A stretch of 64,000 bases of DNA from positions 21,454,001 through 21,518,000 of the forward strand of contig NC_087252.1 of NCBI RefSeq assembly GCF_037042905.1. Direction: 5' to 3'. Under the pieces are notes generated by a model. The model saw only the letters and a program-made list of their open reading frames with translations. It ran no database searches and was not told the origin of the DNA. Positions 24,176 to 36,435 of the stretch are shown here, piece by piece; positions within the stretch are counted from its first letter, which is position 1, and each line of letters starts with the position of its first letter. Origin of the DNA: Lytechinus pictus (lineage: Eukaryota). The position numbers and the translations under genes were made by a program.

Positions 24176-24566
24176 CTGGTGTTTCTTTTGCAATTTAGTA
24201 TTGCCAGCAGAGAAAATAACAGTTTTTTTCAAAGCACGAAGCTTTGCGCGTCAGAAAAAAACAACAGCAAAAGTTTGAAAGCGATTATCTCGCAAAACTG
24301 GAGATCAGCTCGGCTTTAAGCCGTTTTGTTAGATCATTGACGATTTTGATCTCTTGCACAATAGTTAAATATTTGAAATTGAATGTTATTTGCGCAAGGG
24401 TAGAATTTGTATCATGGATGAACAGCTATCATCAATGGTTAGTCACCCTATGGATGTAACTCAAGGGCGTTGAACCCCGATCCTTCTTGTTTTTTGTTCA
24501 AAGACTTGATCACCTCATCTCTCCAAATAGATGTAAGAGCTAATATGTAATGGATATTTGGTTTAA

Positions 24567-24944
24567 AGTGATTGGTTAACATTGGTTTGACTTTAAAAAA
24601 ATCTGAGCTAGAAGGTCACACTTGTCACCTGTGTCTGTGATATGTTACAAAAATGAAGCCCAGAAAAAATTGCGTTCGAAAATAATTATTTAGTGCTTCA
24701 AAAATTTAAATATAAAGTGACCGAAAACAACATCTTAATTTCATCCCAAACACTTATGTGAACTATTTAGGTGTCTATAAGACGCCTATTTACAAAATCG
24801 GGGTTTGCCTTGTAGTTTTAGCTTTTCATTCTCAATAATGGTTGTTTTCAGGGTTTATTAGTTCTAATACATGCACTTGTACACATGTTTCATCTTGGTT
24901 TGAGAATTTTTTAAATCGGCTGCTCACAAAGTTAAACAATACCT
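24567..24944 (+). mobile_element. Kolobok-like 378-bp MITE, TTAA TSD
   Basis: ttaa|agtgattggttaac ... gttaaacaatacct|ttaa; nearly identical to 61779-62156. Confidence 0.9.
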
Positions 24945-25049
24945 TTAATTAATGTCTTTCATGTTGTAAGTTTGAGAGCAAGGGTCAGGATGGGAAAAAA
25001 GATTGTTGGTAGGTTCCAGTGGAAAATAGGGACATATTTAGCATCCGAC

Positions 25050-25335
25050 TGTGGAGCATTTTGGCCCAGTGGATTAGTCTCCAGACTATGAAACAGAGGG
25101 TCGTGGGTTCCAATGCCAGACATGGCAGAATTTTCTTCAGCAAGTAATTGATCCACACTCAACCCAGGTGAGGTAAATGGGTACCGGCAGGAAAATTCCT
25201 CAAAAAGCTGTGAGCACCGGAATGTTGCCAAGCTTAGCCGGGGTAATTTAGGAATGCATTGAGCACCTAACAAGGTGGATACGTGGGCTGTACAATTATC
25301 CTTTATTAATATTATTGTTATTATTATTAATATTA
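25050..25335 (+). mobile_element. tRNA-derived SINE
   Basis: A box tggcccagtgg, B-like ggttccaatgcc, central cactcaacccaggtgaggtaaatgggtacc, (ATT)n tail; homologous copies elsewhere in the window. Confidence 0.85.
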
Positions 25336-26823
25336 TAGTAAATCTGCAACACTGAATAAGCTTTCACATTGCTTGATGTATGGGCATTTTAGGTTTTTTT
25401 TTAAATTTCCACAGCTCTTTTTAGCATTTCAGGAGATAAATCGCCCTGATCCCCCTTTGAGTTTTTCCATGATAGGTTCATATCTTCATAAGATCAATAC
25501 CTGCCCTCTTGGAGTGTTACAACTAACCTGAAATCAATTCTTGATACTTCTTAAAAGTACACAAAACCAACAAAAAATAACATTGTCATCACCTTCATGG
25601 CTTGCAACCAGGAGGATTAGGGGGGGGGGTATGGGTTTCTCTGGAACCACTTCTTCATTTGCCGGCAGTAAAACAAGGAAATATATAGGTGTTCTTTTCC
25701 ATGCTTGAAGTTCAAATGAAATACTATATCTTTAGGGAAAGTATGATATTAGAATATCAGCATCGGTGATAAGTAATCCTCCTCATTTGACCCTCCCTCC
25801 TAATTATGGGTTCTCCCAGGGTGGGGATTCATGTGGTTAGCTGACCCCCCCCCCCAGAAAAGAAAGTAGAAAAGAGGTTTGCTCCGACCTATATGCTTTG
25901 CCAAAAGCAATGCAAAGGGGGAGGAACAAAAGTGAACATTAATATTCAAGTCCTTCTGTCCTTTTAGCTATTCCGGCATATACATGTATATAAATGGGGA
26001 AAGGGTTTCAGGCATTCAAAGGATCCTCCCTAATTCATGTTTTGAGGCGATATCAATGGTTTTAGTGTAACACCTTAAGTGATTCAACACTTTTGTGCTT
26101 TGCGTCTCATATTTGAAACCAAAGTTTTGTGCAGTATATAAGGCGTAAGTCTGGAGAAGAGGATTTTGGTCATTGGTATTTAAAAAATGCTTTTTAAAGA
26201 AATTTCTTTGTAACTCCCATATTGAAGAAAGTATTTGTCAGGATTGAATTACTTAAAATTTTGGTTTTGTTTAGCTGGTAAAACCAAAATATTCCAAAAT
26301 GTCAAGGAGTCATATACTGCCCCAGTTCAAACAGAACAGCTCAAGTACCCTCTTTCTGTTAGAACTACGATGTCTGACATTTTGCACCTTCTGACCTAAT
26401 TCTTCATTTTCTCAGAAAACATTGAAAGTGGATTCAAGATGAAGAACATAATATCTATCATAGATATTTTATGTTATGTCATAAATACCTTGTAAGTAAA
26501 GCCTGTAGAATATAACTAAAGTGTAAATTGTAATCATAAAGTTGAAGTCATGAAATTGTTACATGAACTAATATAGCGGAAATATTTTTTCTAGTTTTGC
26601 ATCGCAATTTGCTCCACATTTTTTAAAGACTGCTACATGAAAAGTCTTTTTATGTATCAGATTTTTTTTTTACATAGGACTATACAGAACATAGATGCAA
26701 GCTTTTCTCTTTTGACCAAAAAATGCTAATCAAATTTGGTCAGCAGAATAATTACCTATTTCTATCATGATGGCCAATTGAAATTTATTTTAACCGAAGC
26801 TCTATTCCCATGATATCATTGGC

Positions 26824-27000
26824 TAGTCTGCAGGCACAGACCATGATTGAAACTTTAATCAACAAGTGGGTCTCCACACAAAGACTAGCACATACAAAAC
26901 TTGCTGTTTCAATCCTGAGTGAGAGGGCTTAAGTACACAAGGCATTATAGACTGCACGTTCAGACCCTTAACTCAAGTGAAGAGTTTGCACAGCAGACTA
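26824..27000 (+). mobile_element. AcademH-like MITE, perfect 9-bp TSD
   Basis: tagtctgc ... gcagacta termini; atcattggc at 26815-26823 and 27001-27009. Confidence 0.8.
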
Positions 27001-28138
27001 ATCATTGGCTGGGGTCATTGGAAAATATGTACCTATTATACAAAACTAAGATGTGGTTAAAGTCTTATCATTTCTCAATACAATGTGGATTTATGGCATG
27101 TAAAGTTAAAGCAAGTCATAGTAAAATGATATACCATACAGCAATTTAAAAATTACAGTCTTTTCAGTAGTTGTGATGAAAAATGCCATTGAATGCATGA
27201 GAGGCAGTACTTTGGCATTTCTAAACTGATTTTGATCTCAAATGAAAGAGTAATCTCAAACGAATATCAAATTATCAAGGCTCCCATCTCTACAACATGG
27301 CATGGCATGGAGAGATTTAGCAACCATATGGCCTGGAGGCGGAAACTTTCCTGTTTCTCCAGGCTCTTCTTTTCCCTTCACCAAATCGCAAGAGATCATC
27401 TTCGCAATGACCTTTGCAACACCCTATCTCATTTCCCTACTCCACGTCTCTTTCGTTAAAAGCATCTAAAAGATTGTCCCGTTTTTATCTCCGTCCCCAT
27501 CCGGCCCAGCTCTGTTTGCGTCCTCTCAGCCTCCCAACTCATAAGGGAGCCCGGCTTTAACCTCGGCACCCCATTTAGAAATCGCTACTTTGATTAAAAG
27601 ACACGAGTTAGAGAGGCGTGAAGGAGCTGAAGAAGCGGCAGGAGAATGGGAAGAGGGAGGGATGTCTTGCCAATTTTTGTTTCAGCCTTTTAGCGGTGTT
27701 TATCTAAGTTGCAGAGGGACTGGCGCAGAGCCTCTGGACAAGTCTACTTTGCGATTTTTGCCCTGATTAAAGCGGGGTTGTGAAACCTACCCGGCTTTTG
27801 TATTTGTTTTGGAACTCCTTTCCCCGAGACTTCTCTCACTTTTCGTTTGGTTAAAGCACAGAATGGTTTCTGGTTAAAGGGCAATTCCACCACCTTTAAA
27901 AGATAGTTTTCATAGAAACAAAGAAGAAGAGTTAAGAGTAAGACACAGACAAATTTTGCCTATTGATTTGCCACTTAAAAACTTGTGAAATTTTTTAACT
28001 CCTCCCACCATTGAAAACTTGTTTTTCACTAGATATTTCATTTAGTAAAGATTGAATTTGCTTTACTCATTAAGCAAATTTAAGTCCTACACTATTAACT
28101 TTGTTTTTTTCATTTCATTTAGTATTGTATCCATGTAA

Positions 28139-28270
28139 GAGTGCTGTTGCCTAGTGGATATGCCTCTTGACTGTAGATCATAAGGTTCAGGAATCAAATC
28201 CTATTGAACATCACTTGGCAAGGCATTCATCCACGTTTGCCACACTCAACTTTAGGGAGTGAATAAGATT
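28139..28270 (+). mobile_element. Degenerate tRNA-derived SINE 5' part
   Basis: tgcctagtgg A box, aatcaaatcc B-like, ttggcaaggcattcatccac...cactcaac. Confidence 0.5.
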
Positions 28271-29433
28271 CACTAGATTAGGAGTGACTTTATCTGCTGA
28301 GTGAATTTATGTTCACTATGAATTCACTCCAAATTTAGTGATCCTTGGACGTCACTACCGAGGGAATTTAAAACTGAGTGAAAATTTACTTGTTTCTTTT
28401 AAAAAATATGAGCGCGATAAAAGAACATTTTATCATGGAAAATTGTTATCTCCTGGTTTGAAAAGAACAAAAAAAAACCATGGATTTGAGGCTCATCAAA
28501 ACCTAAAGATTATTTCTAGGGGGGGGGGGGTTATTTATCTTTTACCTTTTAAAACTCCCAATTTGAAATTGAGGTTGACCGAAAATGTGTTATGTCAAAC
28601 TCACCAATGTTGAATTATGCTATTTGCAACATAGAACAAATGAAAAGGAAAGCCTTCAATTGTCTTGAAAACAATCGTGACTGTGATATGGACCTTCCCT
28701 GTGGTTCATTTGAAAATGGTCTAAAGGTTTTTGTTTTAAATGTTAAGCTAGATTTTTTTTTAGATTGATAAGTACATTTCTGGTGTGTTTTAATGCTTTT
28801 TTTTAAATATAAGAGACAAGAAATGCTTTCCCATCTTTTCTTCTTTTATGTCTTAAACAATTTGGCTGGTTCATTAAATTTCCTTTTACATGTCAAATTT
28901 TACATGTAAGTGCATTTGATATATTTGGACGTGTTGTATTTTCCAGGGGAATTCCCTACACTTATTTTGTTTGACTCAAGTGCATTGGTAAAAGATAAAA
29001 AAATAATCCCACTCCATGAATGTTGATTTAAAGCTGGCTTATGAGATTAGGGTGGTGTTTTCTGCTTAGAACTAGCTTTAAGCTGATTTAAAGCATTAAG
29101 TAAAGGAAGAAATTCCTAATTTACTATTTCTACAATTTATGAAATTGTATTCCTATAGATATTGAACATTACTTATTAATTTTTCTGTTTTATAGAAAGC
29201 ATGCTGGTTGTTTTCTTATTGAATTGAATTGAATTATTATTATTTTCTTATGTTTGATCATGATGTACGGAAAGCCTTGATTGATTTGCAGTTTACCATA
29301 ATTCAGTTTGTGACTTATTTTTAAAAATATTTTACCTCATGTAAGATTTTAATTTCATTCTATTTGCAGAGATGACAGTGTTATGTGATTGTGCAAATAA
29401 AAAAAAAAATTACTAAAAATATTCAATCACTTT

Positions 29434-30730
29434 TTGTCTCCCTTGCATAGCAGAATATAGGCGCTGTTTTTCTGATGGCAACGATAATATCAAAATCTTA
29501 ACCAAGGCTGATTTTTTGGTAGAAAGTATATGGACCTAGTTAATTAAACTTGGACATAAAGGTAATATGTATTACTGAACTTTCTGCCTGAGTCTCAGGT
29601 CACATGACCTAGGTCAAAGGTCATTTAGGGTAAGACCATAATTGGGGAATTTTCATCAAAATTTTAACCACGGTTAAATTTTTGAAATTTTAACCACGGT
29701 TAAATTTTTGAAATTTCATCATAACTTTGAAAGTATATGTAACTACTTCATGAACCATAGACATAAAGGTAATAGTGTATCACTGAACATCCTGTCAGAG
29801 TTTTAGGTCACATGATCAAGGTCAAAGTTCATTTAGGGTCAATGAACTTTGGCCATGTTAGGGGTATTTGTTGAATTGCCATCATAACTTTAGAATTTTA
29901 TGGACCTAGTTCATGAAACTTGGACATAAGAGTAATCTCCTATCACTGGAGATCCTGTGTGAGTTTCAGGTCACATGACCAAAGTCAAAGGTCATTTAGG
30001 GCAAATGAATCTTGGCCATGTTGGGGGTATTTGTTGAATTACCATAACTATGAAAGTATATGGATTTATATGACACCTAGATAGATCCTTGTGATTTGAT
30101 TGGTTGTTTGATATCGTTCATTCAGCCCATGTTGCAATGACGTCATCAACCGTGCAATTTTGGATCCATACGATTTTGTCCATTGCACGAGCGCACCGAG
30201 ACTGCAGCTGCAGGCACCAGCATGCAGTGCGTATGTTGTAATGACGTAACAATCAACAGACCGAACTCGCACTGCATGAGCATGTTTCATTTGCATCAAA
30301 ATTCATAAATTTCATGTAAAAAAAACAAACAATTTTTAGGTGTCAAATAAACCAAATAATGAATGTTTTTTCATTCGTTAAATGGATAGAATACTTCATT
30401 CGGTGAAAGATGAAATAATGATCCATTCAACTCGGCTACGCCTCGTTGAATGGATCATTTCATCTTTCACCTCATGAAGTATTCTATCCATTGCACTCAT
30501 AAACATTCATTATTTGTATACTAGTTCATGGAAATTGGACATAACAGTAATCAGGTATCATTGATCCTCTTGCAGGAGTCTTCGGTCACATGATCAAGGT
30601 CAAAGGTCATTTACATATAATGATCATAGTATTTTATTATCATATATTTTTTGTGAATAGTTGTTTTCAAAGTCAGCGCTGCTGCTATATTGAATCGCAC
30701 AATGCAAGAGAGACTGCCACAGGTGTACTT
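29434..30730 (+). mobile_element. Helentron/HINE-like element with ~160-200-bp internal tandem core repeats
   Basis: Subterminal inverted repeats gtctcccttgcat (29436) / atgcaagagagac (30702); T-run flanks; about four core units containing cctagttcatgaaacttggacat and aggtcacatgacc..ggtcaaaggtca; related copy at 62208. Confidence 0.65.
30066..30520. mobile_element. Nested insertion with a long terminal hairpin (possibly Crypton-like)
   Basis: Splits host motif tatgga(c)|ctagttcatg; inverted arms 30353-30430 and 30443-30516 around ctcggctacgcctcg; tata at both ends. Confidence 0.65.
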
Positions 30731-30780
30731 TTTTTTAGGGGGGGGGTGTCTAAATTTGTATTTAACTTTTTCATCATTCA

Positions 30781-30937
30781 CACTAAGAAAATCGGGTTCA
30801 ATTTTACACCCCTAGGGGTGCACAGGCTTGTCCCTATATGAGTACCCCTAGGGGTGCACACATACACCCCTAATAGGTTGGTATTGCGAGGTGTACGCAC
30901 GTATCGTACACCCCATTTGCACCAGGATTTCTTAGTG
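30781..30937. mobile_element. CACTA/EnSpm-like MITE
   Basis: cactaagaaa(a)tc / gatttcttagtg; internal cccctagggg palindromes. Confidence 0.7.
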
Positions 30938-31718
30938 TGTTGAATACCTAGTATAGGGGCCTTTTTATTATATTAGGTCAATTATCTCTGTTCCTCTTAT
31001 TAGCCATTGATCTATACATTACCCAATTACCCAGTCTACTACTGTTGGATCAATAATAGAGAGTATTTGCAACTACTATGCAGACACTTTCTGGAACACA
31101 GGGAATCTGTTGTCAATAGCCCTTAATGACAAAGCAGTCTTTTTCGAAAATCGGTGAATCAAAACAGCAGTTTTGTCTGTGACTGCACGAACAACGTATT
31201 TGCAATTTTGCAATTTCAGCCCTGAATCTTTGGACAATCTACTGTCCTGGTTCACCAATTTTCGACAAAGACCTCTGAGCTGTTCATTGTGATTTGATGA
31301 GCATTTTAAATGTATTTTCTGTGTTCTATAATCAGTCCCCATTGCAATTGCAAAAACTTGTTATTATTTATCAGAGAGAGAGAGAAGGATGGAGCCTAAA
31401 ACAGAAAAAAAATGATAATGACATAGTTTGTATTTTAAAAGTAATCCAATCATAAAAGGTCAAGTCCACCCCAACAAAATGTTGATATGAATAAAAAGAG
31501 AAAAATCAGATGTAGAATAAGAAAGTTATGACAATTCAAAATATATTTGCCAAAGTATGAATGATGACAGTTCTGCTGCAGACTGTGGCTTCCGATGTGG
31601 CATTCAAAGCAAATGTCATCCTGATTTAGGCCTACCAACATGCAAATTATTGAAAATAGCTACTTGATAGGCTATTTTGAAATGTACCAGTATTGCAATT
31701 CAAAAGGAACATGATTAT

Positions 31719-31988
31719 GGAGCGTTGTGGCCCAGTGGATTAGTCTTCTGACTTTGAAACATAGGGTCGTGGGTTTGAATCCCTCATCAAGGAATTCATC
31801 CACATTGTGCTGCACTCAACCCAGGTGAGATGAATGGGTACCTGGCAGGAATTTATTCCTTGAAATGCCACCGCGCTTTAAAATGCTAAAGCCATGGTAA
31901 TAATATCCAAGTCCTTAGGAAGCGCATAGGGATGTTATGACATAATGTGATATGCGCTATACAAGAACTGCATTATTATTATTATTAT
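31719..31988 (+). mobile_element. tRNA-derived SINE
   Basis: tggcccagtgg, ggtttgaatccc, cactcaacccaggtgagatgaatgggtacc, (ATT)n tail. Confidence 0.85.
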
Positions 31989-33489
31989 AATTCAATTTCT
32001 GCAGAAAAAGAAATGTTTTTATGTTTTGGTATATTTGTGAAGCTATACATGTGTGCTTGCCGTAATTTGCATCCATTATTCATGGTCATATTCTCTATGT
32101 GGTAAGTAAGTTTGTAGCTGGAATATAAAAAAAAATTGTCAAATAACGAAAGATATGACATGAAAGTTATGAAAGTTATAACAGTTATAACAAACATTCT
32201 GAAATTATTGACAGGAAATTGATGTGCATATCCTTAACCCCATAGTATTTTTTTTTTATTCACACTGTCTTTCTTAACCCCGTACTACTTGCTTAGCCTG
32301 GGTTAACGCCTTAACCCCGGACTATCACACAGCTCATGAATATTGGACAAACACTTGACTCCTGGTAAAAGATTAGGAAGTCACTCTCTCACTTTTACAC
32401 CCTCAACCCCAATTAATCCTCTTGGAGTACAATAGGGCTTGTCCAATGACAAAAACACAATGGAGGCTTAACCTCTTCAGCTATTTTAAGTGGTCTTTTA
32501 CTAGATGCTACAGTCAATAATCTTGTTGAAGTGGCAGTGTAAAAATGATCGCTATTAATATATTGTCATTGTTAATCATTTAAGTGATATTTAAATGGGA
32601 AGGGGTGTTTTGATGTTTTTAAATTGGTTGTTTTGAGTTTACTGCCTCAGTCTCACATGCGAAACTGACTCCAGACAGAGGGGGGGGGGGGGGGGGGGAG
32701 GAGAGAGGGAGAGACAAAGAGATTGATACTGTGTGTGAGAGGGAGTATTATAGTATTCATTGAGAGATGAAGAGAAAGAAAAATTAAAAATGACATCTAT
32801 TGTAGTTTTCAAGAAATAAAAGGAGAAATATCAATTCTTGTGAAAAAAAGGGATTGTATGAATCTGTAAAAGTTGTATGAATCTGTAAAAGTTATACTAT
32901 ATGCATTTGTATTATCAGGTAGATGCATACTAGTGCAACTAGTGCATGCATAAAACAAATAATGCACAGTAATGAAAGCAGACTTTCATAAAGAAATGGA
33001 GGAGAACGTATCTAGAGGATTTGAAAAAATAGACTTAAATAGAATACAAAGAGCAAGAGCGGAATAAGATGAAGCTAGGTGTTTACAGTTTAGGGAAGAA
33101 ATTTAGGGAAAAAACAGTGCAGAGATATACGTTCCACTGGAGAAAATAACAGTAGTCATGAGTGCTCGGTTACTGCGCTCCTTTATTCTCGTCAAATTAA
33201 GCATCAAATTAAGCGCTGTCAAATATTAAAATTGGATTAAGGCCCAAGGTCTTGCATGCGCATTCCTCCATTGCAGTGTCATCTTGGCTATTGTGTGATC
33301 ATTGTGTCGTGTGTCGCACAACATTTGCTGACACTACCGAACAATAAGCGCCACACTCCCTGCGAAGATGTGGTATCTAGTCTCGTGATTCAGACTCAAG
33401 TGGTTTTTCTTAGGTTGGGCAATTGATAACGACTAGGAGAATTATGTTCGCTTTTGGTTAACTTAATGTACTTTATGAAGAGTTGGAAC

Positions 33490-34280
33490 ATGACGATGGT
33501 GGTAATTGTTCATGATAGTGATGGTGATGATGGAGATGTTGATGATGAGGATAATGATAAAGAAGATGATGATGATAGTAGCGAAGGTGATGGTGATTAT
33601 GGTAATGGTGATGATTGTGGTGATGGTGATGATGGTAGTGGTGATGATTGTGGTGATGATGATGATGATGATGATGATGGAGATGATGATGATGATGGAG
33701 ATGATGATGATGATAATGATGATGATGATGATGACGATGATGGAGATGATGATGATGATGATGATAATGATGATGATGATGATGGAGATGATGAAGATGA
33801 TGATGATGGTGATGATGATGAGGAAGATGATGATGAGGAAGATGATGATGATGATGATAATGATAAAAAAGATGATGATAGTAGCGAAGGTGATGGTGAT
33901 GATTGTGATGGTGATGATTGTGGTGATGTGATGATTGTGGTGTTGATGATGATGATGATGATGGTGATGATGAAGATGATGATGATGAAGATGATGATGA
34001 GGGTGACGATGAAGATAATGAAGATGATGATGATGAAGATGATGGTGATGATGAATATAATGAAGATGATGAAGATGATGATGGTGATGAAGATAATGAA
34101 GATGATGATGATGGAGATGGAGATGATGAAGATGATGAAGATGATGATGACGGTGATGGTGATGATGATGATCAAGATGATGATGATGATGTTGGTAGTG
34201 GTTGAGGTGGAGATGTTGAATGTGATGTTGATGGTATTGATGGTGCTGATGATGGCACATGATTATGATGATGGAGACAA
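33490..34280. repeat. Long degenerate (GAT)n microsatellite array
   Basis: Directly visible; internal duplication of agtagcgaaggtgatggtgat. Confidence 0.95.
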
Positions 34281-36435
34281 TAATGTATTTATGCATGATA
34301 AACAGAAAAATAATGTTGAAGAGGTGTTTGTAAAAAAGAATGTTTGTAACCATTACAGTTATAGGTTGGTGATATATGCCAAGCATCATGTCCTAGTATT
34401 AAATGAAACACACTTCGTATGTAGAAGATAAAGATTGAATCAAAATCAATTGATGTCACGAATCAGTAAAATGTCGCCTTTCTCTATTGAATAGGACAAG
34501 GAACCATTTCCTTCCATTCAGACCGATGTATTGTCATCAACAAACAACCGCTGCTTCCTCACATCCATTTTCAAAATGGTCTGCACTTCGAGACTATCCC
34601 CCATTCCTGAGTCCTATCAGCAAGTCATTGAATTAGCGGGACTTATCGCCCACTAATGGCCCCGGACAGTGGCTGTGAATAGGTACAGCCTCATCATCTC
34701 GCCATCACCCTACCAGCGGGCCACGGCAACAGTTTGGCGCCACCACCTCGTCCCGTCTCCCCCGACGATCCCCATTCCGGCCGTCGACCGGGTGACCGAC
34801 CGTCGTCTCATCTGCCTGCGGACGGCGTAAGCGTTGGCAGGACATTATTGAATTTTCTCCAAGTCCAGCTGGTTTCTAATCTGCACACGCTTTCTCTTTC
34901 CTTACCTTCCACCATAGCTGTTGCAGTTGTATCTTGAATTTGAAGGCAAAAACGTTTCTTTGCAAGTTTGCTTTCGTTCATACTAGCTAGAAGTTTTCCA
35001 TCGAGTCTTGGCTAGAAGGACAAGGAAAGTTCACTTGGCATAGTGATGGTGGCATAGTGATGATGTCACTGGACCAGGATGTATTCAGACTGTGAGGAAT
35101 TTTATTAAAAAGCCACATTTGTACGCTATAGCAGCAATCTACATTTCGTATCGAATCTCACGTTTGATTCATGATCCATCGGAATATAGCAGACACGGTC
35201 AATTATTCCCTTGCAAGGATATTAACGAGTGTGAACGTCAACTTCGAGTTCCAGACAACAACGAATTGCACTTAGGCTGTGTTCATATTAGATTTTATGT
35301 CTGCGTTTTCACTTGTTGCCTATTCACATCTCTATTCTCTTCATTACTTGTGATTCTGAGTATTAACGCTCCTTTAGTATAATTTCTATGTCTGAACACC
35401 TCTCATTCGACCGAAAGCTAATTTCAACAGACATAAGAAAAAGTTGGAAATAATATCCTCTTCATTTACCTGTTCATCTTCAAGTGAGTATTAATGGCAT
35501 TTAACATTTTTCTTTTGTTAACCCATTGTTTACTGGAACCAGGTGGTATATGCACAAAGCCTATACATGCAAGTGACATGATATAGTCTACCAGTTAAAT
35601 TTTTCATCAAATTTAACAATTACAGTGATATTCGATGCCTGTATATTGCAGATGACCTCAACATCTTATTTCTCTATGCGTTTCCAATGACTTTGAATAT
35701 ACATACTATGACTTTGTGCAGCCTAGTTTTCATCAAGCTTATATTAAAGGTAAGACGTTAGACGTAAGACTTAGAAATAAATGTCAATATTCCTCAGGGA
35801 AATTTTATTGATCTGTCATGTGAAATTAAACTTTGCCAATGCTTGAAAAGGTCTAATTCCAAAATACAATAATGTCAATTTTTTCTTAAATTCCTCCTCC
35901 AAATTCAATACTTCTGGCACCTTTAAAAAAATTTATCCAGTGAGAACATTGCAAAGATCTGTGATTAAAAAATGAATCACATTTCATCAGGATTTAGGAC
36001 CCCCATCTTTTTTTATAAGTGTTTCTGAAAAATATTATATTTATTGATCAAAAATAACTTCACTACAACGTTTGAAACTACTCGGAATGCTCGAAACTCT
36101 TGTTGACACTGGTGCAAATACACTTTATTGTGTGTCGTCTTTATCTTATACAGAACAATGCAAGCCATCGCCACGATTATTCAATTGTCGAGTTCTAATT
36201 CCAGTTCTTTCCTCCCTTGAGAGAACAAGGTCCTTATAGCGCAAAGTCATGAATAAGTATAAGGACGTTTCTCCGGGAATTGAAATCGGCTTTATGCGAT
36301 GAGGGAGGAAAAAATAGGCATTGACCAGTGTATAAATTATCCATTATTTTGAGAAGTGTGATATGTCAATAACATGTTTGCGATGATTATGGACTTGCTA
36401 AAGTGTGGATTGTTGAGTGCTGTAAAATACTCAAG

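Larger units (their letters stand above)
22870..24230 (+). repeat. Diverged tandem repeat, about six units of ~190-240 bp
   Basis: Recurrent gtaattttgttttgtcagc..gaaa..aacaggacac, aagctttaaa and gagctccaatt motifs, with units starting near 22870, 23055, 23355, 23570, 23805 and 24010. Confidence 0.85.

Noticed and set aside
33454..34431. 325-aa Asp/Met-rich ORF (and antisense His/Ile-rich ORFs) as a biomineralisation-type acidic protein
   Set aside because: It is a translation of a (GAT)n microsatellite, open in several frames on both strands, with a non-ATG start and no domain support
33378..34596. Academ-like TIR pair (tagtctcg..cagac / gtctg..cgagacta) enclosing the GAT array
   Set aside because: No TSD; more likely two independent decayed end modules
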